Source: Microthyrium microscopicum (Eukaryota). From it: a DNA stretch of 64,000 nt. Shown one piece after another: positions 25,339 through 37,795 of this stretch. A model generated the notes under the pieces. That model ran no database searches and had not been told where the DNA came from. It was given only the letters and a program-made list of their open reading frames with translations. Position numbers and translations under genes: made by a program. The stretch covers positions 4,110,282 to 4,174,281 of the forward strand of contig MU004230.1 of NCBI GenBank assembly GCA_010405405.1. The letters are read 5' to 3'. Every line of letters starts with the position of its first letter. Position 1 is the first letter of the stretch.

Positions 25339-26576
25339 ATGTCTCTTTTTCCATCGCAACTGTCTCAGTCTTACTCACCACATGTGCTCATCATTGTGTG
25401 TTGCCATGCCATATTTCATGGAACAGATCCTTCCGATGAGTCTCACTGGGCACTGCAGTCATTCCAGCGCGGGTCGGCCACCAAAAAGAGTGAACATTTT
25501 ACGTTCTTACAGCATATTGACTCCGCATTACGGTTATTACAAGCGGCGTATCACCAAGGCGATATCATATTCACTGGCGGGTTCACTAATCAGTCATACC
25601 CAGATCTTAGCGAAGCACGCGGTTATCTGAACGCTGCACGATACATTGTGTCCAAAGATAATATCACCTATAATGGCATATCCTTACAAGATCATGTCCA
25701 TTTAGAAGAATACGCCACAGACACTTTCCAAAATATCCTCTTCTCTATCATTCGCTATGGTCGAATCAAAGCCTATTACCCTGATGAGGTCATGGTAATT
25801 ACCCATGCGTTTAAGAAGGACAGGGTTCAATTACATTGTGAAGCAATCCAATGGACTCGTCGATTCACTGTCCATGGCATAGATCCCGACTTTGACGGTA
25901 AGTGGTTTTTCACTCTCTTCTCAAACGCTTGTTTGGTCTGCTCAGGCTCTACCCGTTAAGGTTGTTATCTTGCGCGTTGCTCTCGGAAATTTTACACTTC
26001 GAGTCTATCGGTGGATCATGATCGCTGCAACCATAAGCCCTGATGTATCGTCGAGATATCCATGCTCATAGCAACAATATCCCCGCTGAGATCAGGGAAT
26101 GACATCACAATAACAAGGCCTTGTATTGGAAAGTTATGAAGAGCCGCGACGATAGTCACGATACCTTGATCAATAGCGTGGAGAAAAACCAGATTTTGAT
26201 GGCATCACGTTTACAGCTTATTGCTCTACTCGAGTCATTTTGCAGTTTTTGATATTAGATACTATGCGGCTAAGATCCGACGGTGTATACTCCGCATCTT
26301 CTCTTCAATTGTTCCAACTGGGGCTATAAACAAATATTTTGATGCGACGTCATTTTAATATCGCGAGCAGGAGAAGTGCTAACTTCATTAGTTGCTGAGC
26401 GGACTCAAGTTGAAGCGTTGGAGCGGAGAAATGCTCACGAGCCGTTTGTGAATGATCCATATGGTGTTGGCTTGGTACTATCTGGTAAACGCCATGCCAG
26501 AGGATGGTCTGATTCCCAGTTGGAGCATATTTCACAAGACCAGGCTCCAGTGATTCAAAGATTTTTAGCTTGGTAA
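25339..26576 (+). CDS. DUF218-like (YOR238W-like) protein; at least 2 exons
   Basis: LIIVCCHAIF, FQ..EH.TF..HI, IFTGG.T, SEA.GY, EEYATDTFQNILFS, ITHAFK; exon 2 has DPYG...L..KR..RGW. Phase-compatible intron at 25898-26391. The start (25318 or 25339) and the 3' end (possible further GT donor at 26573) are uncertain. Confidence 0.75.
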
Positions 26577-27724
26577 GTTATCTTGATGCTCCTTGAAGAC
26601 TTGGTTGGGATATATCAAGTCACTTCTATCAACGGTTGGCCACTAGATTGGTGAACACAAGAGCCTGAATTCGTTTATGTATGGAGTGACAGTCGCAGAT
26701 GGGAGGATCTGTACGTTACTTATCAGTCGGCATTGAAGTTATCTCAATTTCGGTTTCAGTGAATTGATGAAGTTGTCACATTGGCACATTCTCGCTTTCA
26801 CATAAAAGTTCTCAACGAAAGTACAGTGGTTTTAGCTAACACTCGACTACCAGGTCTGGAGGCGAAAGCGGTCACGAAATATTTCCAGAAAAGTTACCAT
26901 GGCAGGATCAAAACCAGCCAACCACAGTATATCTCCAGTAACTGCACTGGATATGAAAACATATCTGAGCTAGTACATTCACGACTTTGAAGATCTTTCA
27001 ACGTAAACTGTCGACCTCCCGTTACCTTGTCAGTGAACATTTCGAGAGCCAATTCTTCAACGAAAGGCTCTGTTGGCTCCAAAAGAGCCAACAGTCGTGG
27101 CAAATAAAGGGCACACTCGAGAAAGACAACAAGATCCAAGATGTAGTAACTAATTGACCCAAAACTCGACTCAAAGCTCTCAGAATACGCGGAATATGCT
27201 CGTCCCTCAAGGCTGACTAGCTGAATCTTTGGAAACCATTCATTCTAGACCTCTTTTCTGATTCTATAACAATGGTATCATTGCTTTCCTTTAAATATGG
27301 AGTGCGTGAGACTATCCTCATGAAGGCAATATCGCCATGAACGAGCTTCTCAACCCCGAACCGCAAAGATCGGGTCACTCCAACTATCTCGCGATAGATC
27401 TTTTCTCGGCGTTGAAGTAACGGTAAAAGTTACATCAAGTGAATATTTGACTCCTCGATCTACCTAGTAATTCACTTATCGTCGTCTGGAGGGAAACATG
27501 AAGGCTTTAAAAGGCTCCTCGAACTCACTCTTCCTTCAACATCATCTCCCTCTCCAACCTACACATTTCCCTCGATACTAACAACATTTCCTGCCTCCTC
27601 TAGTTCCCAACAAAGAAGCATCCATCCCAAGTAAGAAGCTCCCAGTGTTACTCAAAAAAGGTATATCCATCTAACTCCCACATAGCTCTCATCACACCAA
27701 TCCCAACCCAACACTATCTCCAAC

Positions 27725-30322
27725 ATGTCGGACAACACTCTGGAAAGCATCAAGGAAATCATCAGCCAATTCAACCAGTCTCGACGCAGCCAGGCACCAA
27801 CTGTACCATATCTAGAGCGTGTAAGTTGACATTACGTTTGTTCAAGCAACTCAAGCTAACATAAATTGTAGGATCGAGACACACATGTTGCACAATCCCG
27901 AAAAGTTTATGAATCGGCCATAGCGTTCGCCAAAGCAATGAAGGAAGTCCCGGATATCAAGAATTTGATACGCGAGAAGTCTATAGAGTTCGATGATATT
28001 CTACGGGATATGGCTCAGAACCATCGTTCTCGTTTTTCATCGTTGGAGGTTGATACAACAGGTCCTCAGCGTGTGCAGGAGGGCCCGTCTGTAGGACCTC
28101 ATCACAATCAGCAAGCCGCTCGGAATGTGCAGTATGACCAGAATGGGACTCGAGGCCAGAATGCTTGGACTGCTGCTCAAGCTCAGGCTCGCCAACAACA
28201 GGCTCGCCAGCAACAGGCTCGGGCTGCGCAAATTGACCAACCTGTAGGTGCAAATCAACTGTCACAGGTCGCTTCGCATGCGCAGTACAGCCGCAGTGTG
28301 CCTCAAGGCCAGCATGCTCAAGGTGCCAATCCTCAAGCTCACAATGACTCTGCAAAGTCAACTACTGAGTCTGTTCAACAATTTATGGCTGCAAATAGGC
28401 TTCGGTCTGCGGCTTTGAGAGCTCAATGTGCCAACAACATTCTAGGAGCTCCTCAATCTCAGGGCGGTCATCAACAGGATCGGCCTGTGCAAGCTGGTCA
28501 AGCTGTAGTCGTATATCAACATCCACACCCTGGGCATTCTGCTCAATATGGCCAGCGCTTGGCTCAAGACCAGTATACTCAAGGTGCTGCTCCTCAAGCC
28601 CAATATGGTAACAATGCCCCAGGCGCTTCTCAAGCTCAATATGGCAACAATGCTCCGGCTGCTGCTCAACCTCAGGGTTGCCAGCAACAAAATTGGCCTG
28701 TACAAGCTGGACAAGCTGTAGGCGTATATCAACATCCACACCCCGGTCATCCTGCTCAGTATGGCCAGAATCATGCTCAAGGCCAGTATACTCAAAATGC
28801 TGCCCCTCAAGCTCAGAACAACTATGAATGGAATTATACTGCCGCGGATGCTCCCCATTTACCTGGAAATTGGTTTCCTTCTGTCGCCTGGTGGTACACT
28901 CCATCTGGCAACAATGCTCCAGGCGCTTCTCAAGCTCAGGGTAGTCATCAGTGGACACCGCCAGACAAAACTGACCCATGTGTTCGCCAGGCCCTTCAGA
29001 CTACCAACCTTCTGAAAGCTTTGGTGGCATATGTACAGTCGACGGATTTGTTAGGCACAAGCCCCAATACGACGAGCCTTACGCGTGAACAGGGTGTACA
29101 GGTTTTGCAAATGATTATGCAACATCTGCGGGCAGGCAACAAGTTTTGGAATCACCCATTGAATTCTCAGGCCAATCACTATGCTAAAGCCATTCAGAAA
29201 GCTCAAGCTGGCGTTCATGCTCATGGCCAAGCATTGCAGGCAATCCCATCGGTACCAGTGCCAGCACCTAAAAAGGCTCCTCTTCGAAAAGCGAATACAA
29301 TCCAACCTCCACAGACTGGTCTACCTGCTCATTCTGGACTGACTTTTCAGCTCGAACAGGTCAATATTAGTGGACAAGGCCCTCAGCATACACATGTTCC
29401 TCCTATGCATACTTTGACAAATCCACCTCCACAAGCGAATCAATATGCTCAAATTGATCTACAAGGTCCAAGTAGTCAGCGCGTACAACTCCCTCAATAT
29501 GGCGCACCGCTCCAACTACCCGTCCATACTGCTCCGCAACAACAACCCTTCCAGATGATTCATCCCACTAAAACTGCTCAACCTGGTCAAAAAGTACAAG
29601 ATTCCCATGACTTGATGACAGTCCCAAATGAGATAGCACCGGCTCATACTCTACCGGATCAGGTCAATGCAGAAAAACGGACTGATCGCAATCGCAAGAT
29701 GTATAATATGTTCAAACACATGAACGATAATTTGGGAGCTCATCGTCTCAAAACTTTGGAAGAAAAAGCTGCTCTTGAACAGGAAAAAGCTGATTTTGAG
29801 AAAGAAAAAGCCGCTTTTGCACAAAAACAGGCTGTTTTCGCCCAGAAAGATGGGGTGATTGACGAAGCTACTCCTGAGAAGACTGCTACTGGGGTTGAAG
29901 AAGTCGCAGATCATGAAGAAGCAGCTGGCAATGAAGTGGCTACTGGACATGAAGAGAGTACCAGTGTTGAAGAGAGTACTGGCCTTGAAAAAAATGATAG
30001 AGGTGACGAGTCTGCTGATGTTGAAGAACCTCATCGGGCTGACGAAGGTCCTCAGTCTCAGGAAGCTGCTCAAGATGTCCCGGCTCAAGAAGACATTCAG
30101 GTTACTCAGAATGAAGAGCCTTCCGAGGATGGCGAGGCTCCAGTCACACCTCCCAAGAATACTCAGTCGCCGATACTTCCCAAAGCTGGCGAATTCCATG
30201 TCACTATCTCAAAGAAGAAGAACAAACCTTCCAAAACAACTGGCAAAAAGCGCGATCGCAGCTCTCCTTCAAAGAACATTGAGTCGCCAAAGCCTGCCAG
30301 CAAGAAGCAGAAGCGTGCTTAG
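27725..30322 (+). CDS. Hypothetical Gln/Ala/His-rich repeat protein with coiled coil, acidic tract and C-terminal basic NLS-like tail
   Basis: Exon 1 27725-27820, intron 27821-27871 (GTAAGT..GCTAAC..TAG), in frame with the 794-aa ORF. Confidence 0.85.
28430..28950 (+). repeat. Coding internal repeats (~60-70-aa unit x2, plus short GNNAPGASQAQ units)
   Basis: PVQAGQAVxVYQHPHPGHxAQYGQxxAQxQYTQxAAPQAQ occurs twice. AACAATGC(C/T)CCAGGCGCTTCTCAAGCTCA occurs at ~28610 and ~28910. Confidence 0.9.
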
Positions 30323-30498
30323 GTGTCGATCATTTGAATATCTCGGCGAATTGTTTGAGGCTCTTATGGAACACACTACGAAGTACTAATCTACTGGTAT
30401 ATTAGATGTTGAGATTGGGAGATTTCGATTGCACTCCGGTACATAGCAGTCTATAAATCTGATAATGATAATTGTGCTTGACTTTACTGCCACTCTCC

Positions 30499-32360
30499 CT
30501 ACAATTGCATCGAATCAGAGTCACCAAGAATATCTACTGATTCTCTAAACTGGTCTCGCAAGTATCTAGTAATGGCAATCAACTTCTCATCCTGAAAGCG
30601 CCTGGTTACCAGCTGCAAAGAAAGCGGCATGCCATGGTAGAACTCCGGATCCCCTGATTCTCATGTTAGTACCACTTTCCAAACATCAACAATATAATGA
30701 CTCGGTCAACTTACACATCTGCCTCATCTCTTCATCTACATCACTCACGAAGTCTTCCGTCCTCTCAGCACCATCAAGATTCTTGTCTACAAAACCATCT
30801 ATTTCAAACTCTGATGTTGGGACAGCCAAAGCAGGATAGTCCAACAAGTTCCAAACACTCGTATACGACATATACCTCGCCGTACCATGGCGACTCGCGA
30901 CCCATGGTGCTACAGGACATATTATAACATCAAAAGTACCTTCCCATTTGCCGTTTTGGTCATTAAATGATCCAGTCTCATTCCAGTGCTTCACATATTC
31001 GATGCGGTATTCTTCTCTTTTTTCGAGCCAGTAGTCTTGTTCCTCCCTGGTCAGTTTGTTGACACAGGGGTTGTCGTCAATGATCCATTTTGCCAATGGC
31101 TGCATTGGTTCACCCATACGTGAGAGAAGTTCATGTTCCTCGGCACCACCATCTGTGAAGTAGAGACTGGAGAAAATGGCCCATGCTTCGTCATGTTTGT
31201 AAGGCTTGAAGTCCGCTATAGCAATGTTTGGAAGAACCGACAGCCTGGAGACTATGTTCTTGAGAGCTCGATTTATGGGGGGATGCGGCAAAACTACTTC
31301 GTCATGCCACATAATTCCAATTCGAAGGGGCATCTCTGCGCTTGCTGATATTTCAACGGGAGTCCACAACATGGGAATCAAAGATGGCTCTTCCAGCCAG
31401 GGTTATGCGTCAAGGATGACCTGCATAAACAATTCGATGCCATCCAAATCTTTACATAGAGGCCCCAGTGTTGTGAGGAGAGTGTCCGCTCCAGGGAGCG
31501 TGCTACTCCACCCAATAGTCGGTATACGAAAAGCAGTAGGTTTAAATCCATACAAGCCACAGGCTGCGGCAGGTATTCGCACACTCCCTGCCGTGTCTGT
31601 TCCGATACCCAAGACACTTCCACCGCAAGCAATCAATGCGCTTTCACCGCCACTGGAGCCTCCAGAAGAAGTATCTGTATTCCACGGATTGACGGTAGTG
31701 CCCCAGAGACTGGACACCGTTTCTAGTTGAGCCATTGTTTGCGGTACTGTGGTTCTGGCGTGAAAAATAGCCCCAGCTCGTGTTAGAATTCGAAGGACAA
31801 GCGCATCGGATTTCGGCGGTGGATGGTTCCAGAAAGTACAATAACCAGATGAAAGACGGAGACCTTGCATACCAATACACTCTTTGACGGAGATACATAA
31901 ACCGTGAAGAGGTCCAATTGGCTTTTTATGTTCTGCCCAAAACTCGTCTAGATGGCGAGCACGAGACAGTGCTGTCTCAGGCAGTAGTTCGGTGATGCAA
32001 CTCGTCTTTTGTTACATTAGCAAATGTAAATTGTTCATAGACTTAACGTACCAACTGCTGCGCCATAGCAGCACGCTTGAGGTATGCCATGGTGGCATCT
32101 GATGCTGATATTCTTCCACCTGAGATTTGGTTCACCAGACTAGAAGTGGACAAACAAACAATAGTTGTCTCGACAGCAGGTAATAGTTCAGGTAGTATTT
32201 CCACAACTTTCTTCGGTAAGTTGGGTAGTGTCTTTGGTATAGAACCTGGTAGCTCTGCTATTGTCGAATCCCGATAATCTTGTGCTTCTTTGGCGATAGG
32301 TCTCCATGTTTCTATCATCTTCCCTTTCTCTCGATCCTTAGCTCTTTTCCGTTTCGTCAT
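30499..32360 (-). pseudogene. Amidase-signature family (acetamidase-like) gene with an in-frame premature stop
   Basis: GPLHGL.ISVKE, GGSSGGE, GTDTAGSVRIP, YTSVWNLLDYP, GMPLSLQLV.RRFQDEK. Introns at 32051-32006 and near 30714-30654. In-frame TAA at 31405-31403. Confidence 0.85.
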
Positions 32361-33057
32361 GGCTAGATTTGAGAAATAATTCTAGAACTCTATTTGACGA
32401 TAGTAGGATCGCTGGCCTTATGTTGATCGAAGTGCGTATAACGAGCAGGCAGCAATAGGCACCTGAGCAGCTAAGGTGCATTATGCATGAACATGAAGAC
32501 TACTACCGTCCAATATGGCCAGCATTTCCACTACATGTTTTCTCAAGAGGCTGCATTATCTTCGTTACAGTCAATCGGCCTTGTTTTTTTTGGGGGGGTG
32601 CTGCTCTTCGGAAATGGCAAAATGCTATCATATCATGAATCTCGAGGTACCTGTTGTTGCACTGTAAACTCATAGGAGGGTTCTAGGATTCGAGACACGG
32701 TGAGGTTACCACTAAAGAATAGTCTCGATCGTAGCTAGCACTTAGGTTAGTGTTCACACGGTGTATACACGGTTCAATCGCCGTCATTGCTGCCTTGTTC
32801 GCGTAGTTCTTGCCAAAAGAGCGTGGTCAGGGTGGACACACGGTGAGAGTACCACTTTTTGGATCCCGCAGACCACGTATGAGAAGATTCAAACAATGTC
32901 ATAGAAAGTAATGTATACACTTTGACACTATAATTTCTTCCCCAAACCTCGATAACTTTCGTCCACCATAGGTTAAAACTTGCGCGGACTACTCTGTAGC
33001 GCCAAATTCTGCCAATGACAATTGCAGAGAAGCGTTGTGGACTGCCGCATGCTGACT

Positions 33058-33285
33058 TACACCCAGATGTAGAATGTGCTTGCGTTTTTGACACCCCCTT
33101 ATATATTGAATTCACAGATATCAACCAATCATAGCTCGCTAAGCGTAGAGAGTTGCAAAGTTGGGACCCAAGACAGAGCTCTACCGTACCAAACTAGATG
33201 CTATTCTTATATGATTGGTCGATAACTGTGAATCCGATATATGAGGGGGTGTCAAAAACGCAAGCACATTCTACATCTGGGTGTA
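33058..33285. repeat. Inverted repeat, 76-bp arms with 76-bp spacer (MITE-like / hairpin)
   Basis: Arm 33058-33133 is the reverse complement of 33210-33285 at 71/76 positions by eye; the outer 42 bp are perfect. Confidence 0.95.
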
Positions 33286-33395
33286 TACGGCCAAGAACTT
33301 GTATATCGCTCAGCCTAACGGCGCAACAGTCAGATTCAATTCTTCCCAGAACTCTATTTTCACGAGGCTCACTTACATTGCGACTCATTCCAGAT

Positions 33396-34614
33396 ATGTG
33401 CTCAAACGTGGGTGCTTCTAATGCAGCGTTTGCAGGTATAGGCGTAAGTGATCCCCACACATTCATTCCTAGACTTAGAGCCACATAGAGCGATATATGA
33501 CATGACTGAACGAACTTAGATATTTATTGCCTTTGCTTTCCAGGCGATTCTATCCATTGTACTATCTCTTTGGGCCTGGCCTATCAATCACGACATTGCA
33601 GAGATGGAGGAGCATTCTGAGGAAGCTGGAAATGTGGACGAGGTGTTGTCAAAGAAGCAAAGCGTACTGCACGATCTTATACTACTACTCAGCGATGTAC
33701 AGACTTTGAACGGTACATCATAGTGTGAGTTGATTTGTGATTCGAAAGATTTCATTACAATTACAGGAATTGCCCTTCTCGTCAGCGGATTGGCACAGTT
33801 CAAGGGACTGAGCTTATACAATCTGCACATCCTTTACGACACGATAAACTTCACGAGGTCTGAATCTATTGCGAAGAAATATGATGAAGACGCTAATCGG
33901 TGATCCAGTGTCTCTAATTGTGCCGGAATTGCGGTTACATTTGGCTACAAGAGAGAATTTCGCAAACTTCGTATCGCACTGGTTATCATCTTTCTATTCC
34001 TTTATGTAGGCTTTACAATAACCTTCGGAATTCGACTGCGAGACTGGTCTGATGAAAAAGCTGGTCTCTGTTATAACACAGTGACAATAGCAACCTCATA
34101 CTCTCAACATCCTACAGCTGATTACGCATACATTGGCATCACATGCCCGTTTATGATAATTGTAACCGTTATAGCTCTTCTTGCTATGGGAAACAAAGAC
34201 CGAGGCTTCTTCAAATCTGAAGTAAGCTCACTGTCACCAGGACAGTTGGCTGGCAACGTGTTTTTCTACGCTTTTCTCCAGTTTCCCCTACATTTTTATA
34301 GTGTAGTTGCCTTGCGAGCTAGCAATCAGAGTCGAATCGATCCTGCTTCTATGTCGGAGAATGAATGGGGCTTTGGACAGGTCGTCAGTGTGATTCTGTT
34401 GGCAGCTATCTTATTCGAATGCTGGAAAACTTGGAGTAGTAGGTGGCATGTTTTGTTTCTCATCATCTGGAAAGCCAACGAACAACCACTAGGTTATCGT
34501 GAGTGGAAAGCTCACCGAATTGAAAGAGCAGGAAACAAACGAGCAGGAGACCACGAACGAGCAGGAAACGAACGACTCGGAGATGACATAGAGCTTGAGG
34601 CAGTTCCTCATTAG
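33396..34614 (+). CDS. Uncharacterised multi-pass membrane protein; multi-exon
   Basis: Spliced reading MCSN..AFAGIG|IFIAFAFQAILS...SDVQTLN..., several hydrophobic helices, ENEWGFGQVV motif. GT-AG introns near 33444, 33713, 33858 and possibly 34443. The start is uncertain. Confidence 0.7.
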
Positions 34615-37147
34615 ATCGTACTATGACAGAACAAGTCTTCCTGGGAATGAAAGTATCATTACTGAAAAGGTCATCTGCACGAGCTCAATCAATGCGAGCA
34701 CACAGATAACGCATATTCGTCTTCTTGACAATGAGAATGAATTTACTATGGATTGAGATCACACCAAAATGCCAGTAGAGAATCAACAGATATCGCTGTG
34801 AACAAGATGCTAATCCGTCATCCCTGTATGGCAGTATGACCTGTCAACAGCAGATGAGCAGTTTAATTCACGACAAACACTGCAGTTGAGCTGCATATCA
34901 AAAGCAGTAACAGCATAGCTTACCTCACAATGGGAAGTACAGGCGTAGCTAGCTGCCAGCGATTGACTACTGCGTGCATACATCTGAGACATACATGCGC
35001 TGATAACCTACTAGGTCCGCAGTCAATCCACGTTGTTCTTTTGGGAGAGACAGCATTGGTCAATTTGGGGTTCGTCATGTGCTTCACAGCCCAAGACGGG
35101 TAAAAGCAACCGCGTTTGAAGGCGACTTTGAGCCGCATCTGCTTAATGCGGGGCGTATGTTAGCAAGCGATGTAGCAGTATGGCGACTAGAAGCTAGATG
35201 TAGCCCAGGCACAAGGCGATGCCCGATCACAAGGCGTACGATAGTGGGTTGTACGAGTGCGGAAAACACCAACTACCACTCATCCCATTCACATGTCGAC
35301 ATCAACGACAATCGGTTGTATATTTTAACCTGGTGAATGCCCAACTTACCGCTCTGTAAGCCCGACAGCAGTGCTGTACTCTAACAGGATACGAAGATCG
35401 TCAGTAAAGGTCAGCTGCCCGAGGTGCGCGCACCGGTCAATTTTTGACTGACGAGGAAATGACCATCTCGGTCCCGACATCGGCGTGAAAGTCGAGTTTT
35501 AGTTTAGAACAAGAAAAATAAACAATTGCAAATCATCAATGATGTGCGCGAGGTTGTCATGTGTCGTTGATCAATGCCGCCGTTTGCTCGACATTGGGGT
35601 CCAACGAGCTCATGTTATCCTCCTTAGGCGCATTTGGTCGACGTGGATTCCCAGCAATGGGACGTTCATGAACCATTTTGGGGAGGACCAAGCGGCTGGT
35701 TGCGCTAATTGACTGCCCACGTTGTGACGTTGATCCTTGGTGGTTAAAGAGAGCGGGTTGGTGGCTTTTGGCGAGTTGCTGATTGAGAAGTGGAAAATGA
35801 CTTGCTTGACCAGCAGATGCGGGGATAACCCCATCGGTCATTCATTCCAACCCCAATGATTTCCTAACTTCTGTCTATTGAATTGCGCAATCATGGACGA
35901 ATGAATGGAAAAATGGCGCAAATATGATGGGCCGCCTCACCGGCTGCCTTCTGAGTAGCCTTGCCAGCGCACAATGAGCATTCGAAGGATCAAGTGGATG
36001 TAGCGCAGCACTGTGACATGCTTTGACCCAAGCAGTGCGGTAATTTGCCAATTGGCAACTCGTAGCGCTTCTGTCATGGTGCATAAAACTTGTGACTCGT
36101 CCATAATATTTTTGGGAAAAAAGGGATGTTGGCCTCTAGTAATTTGGCCGGTAAGTTAGATGGGGTGCCAATGTCAAATAATTGGTCATTATCACGGCGT
36201 AGGGACTCGCCTTGATATGAAATATCCCACGCGGTGTAATATCCAGCTGTAAGATCCAAGAAATGGCACCATGGGTTTATCTCCTTCGCAATGATATGAT
36301 GGCCTTCGGTCCATTCTTTACGTTCTTAAGATGCCTTTTGGTTGCCTTTGCGCTTATGCGCGGTTAACGAGGGCTGAAGTTGTGATTCAAGAGCTTCGTA
36401 AGCAACAACTTGCATTGCCCACTAGCCCAGAATGACCTAATTGCTTGGATCTGCCTCTCCTTCAACTTTTGGGTGAACCCAATCCTGCCTTGTGAGCCTT
36501 GGGTCAAGTTGTGTTGATCTCCAAAGCAGCGATCCGAGTTCCGAATGTTGTGCTCTCTCCCGTGCTCATGCTGAAGACGTAATAAATGGATTGAGTGTTT
36601 GACGTGTTGGGCATCTCTAATGAAGCTGGGGAGTGTCTGCAAGTGAACCAAATGACCATAGCTTGGCCCATGTGGGTTGCAGGAGTGGTCCAGAAGCATT
36701 GAGCGCCGATTTCCAATACACCGGTTGGACTACGTCTGTTCCTGCTCTGCTTGAGCATAGTCTGGTGTATCATACACCGAGTATCATGGGATACTTAGTG
36801 CCAGCACATCATGCGGCGCTTCTTCTGTCGAATATTAGATGTTGTGTTGCCCCCAACGAAATTTCCTACTTACCATTTTACCCAGTTCTACACTTCAACA
36901 TTCTGCCTTTAGCTTGTCTTCTGATACCTTTGATACCTTTGATACACTACTCAGCTTTGAAGAAAAGGGTCCGCAGCCCACTTGTACCATATTTGCTTCT
37001 TCGCTTACCGTCGGAGATTACCATCGGACACTGGTTGTCTTTTCGACCTTCTTGTGTAGGTAGCGGCTCAGAGCATTGGCAGTCCCAGTTGCTAATCAAT
37101 CATAGAGAATAGAGTATTAATCTGTTCTTTCTCCGCCGAATTGAGCT

Positions 37148-37795
37148 ATGTGCCCTCGCACCGAATCACAGAACATTCCAGAATGGGGTTGTGCGGTGAC
37201 TGACTTCACTCACACCATGGTCAACACTGGGCCAACCCGACCACCGGTCCGTAATGAAACAATCAGTGGTCCTGATACCGGGTTTCGAAATGCCTGGAAT
37301 CAAGATCAATACCAGCCATTTAGCTCAGATGGTAAGCTTCCACGTTTCATTCTGATAGAGAGGATGTTGACCAAGGCAGGAGATGCAAGCGACTTCGAGG
37401 GCGATGAAGGTCTTGAAGCCTCACAATTCGTCGTTGATCCAATGGCCTATGGCGTCTATGGTGAAAACAACTTCTACCTCCGAGGGACTAGCGATGAACT
37501 GGACCAGTACCAGTCCTATGGTCCAGTGCGTTCGCAGGAGGAGCCGCAATACGAAGTTCCTCGAAACATCGAGCGACCAGAATCGCCAGACTCGAATAGA
37601 GCCGAACCACCAACGCCGGAGACTGGAAGCATACAGAATTCCATGATCCTTCCAACCCAGGCCGAAAGGGACCATGCTCTTTTAGGAATGGATAACCATT
37701 CTGCGTTGTTTGCCGACGCCAATGAAATGCCAGCCACCATTGATGAGGAGGATTTTGAGCATGTCTGCGGGTGCGACTGCCACTTTCCCAAATGA
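37148..37795 (+). CDS. Hypothetical protein (215 aa; acidic, ends in CGCDCH); upstream exons possible
   Basis: Open frame with protein-like composition; no recognisable domain. Confidence 0.5.
   Translation: MCPRTESQNIPEWGCAVTDFTHTMVNTGPTRPPVRNETISGPDTGFRNAWNQDQYQPFSSDGKLPRFILIERMLTKAGDASDFEGDEGLEASQFVVDPMAYGVYGENNFYLRGTSDELDQYQSYGPVRSQEEPQYEVPRNIERPESPDSNRAEPPTPETGSIQNSMILPTQAERDHALLGMDNHSALFADANEMPATIDEEDFEHVCGCDCHFPK

Noticed and set aside
26894..27210. Overlapping minus-strand ORF fragments with protein-like composition
   Set aside because: Possibly a decayed gene, but non-ATG starts, no coherent exon structure and no recognisable family.
29651..30199. 182-aa Phe/Ser-rich ORF and other long antisense ORFs over real genes
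   Set aside because: Antisense or alternative-frame shadows of coding sequence.
32759..32772. GTGTATACAC palindrome; GGTGTATAC is shared with 26282 and 33280
   Set aside because: Too short to separate from chance, and the flanks do not align.
34800..37100. Many short ORFs on both strands
   Set aside because: I could not assemble a consistent gene model or recognise a domain; left unannotated.
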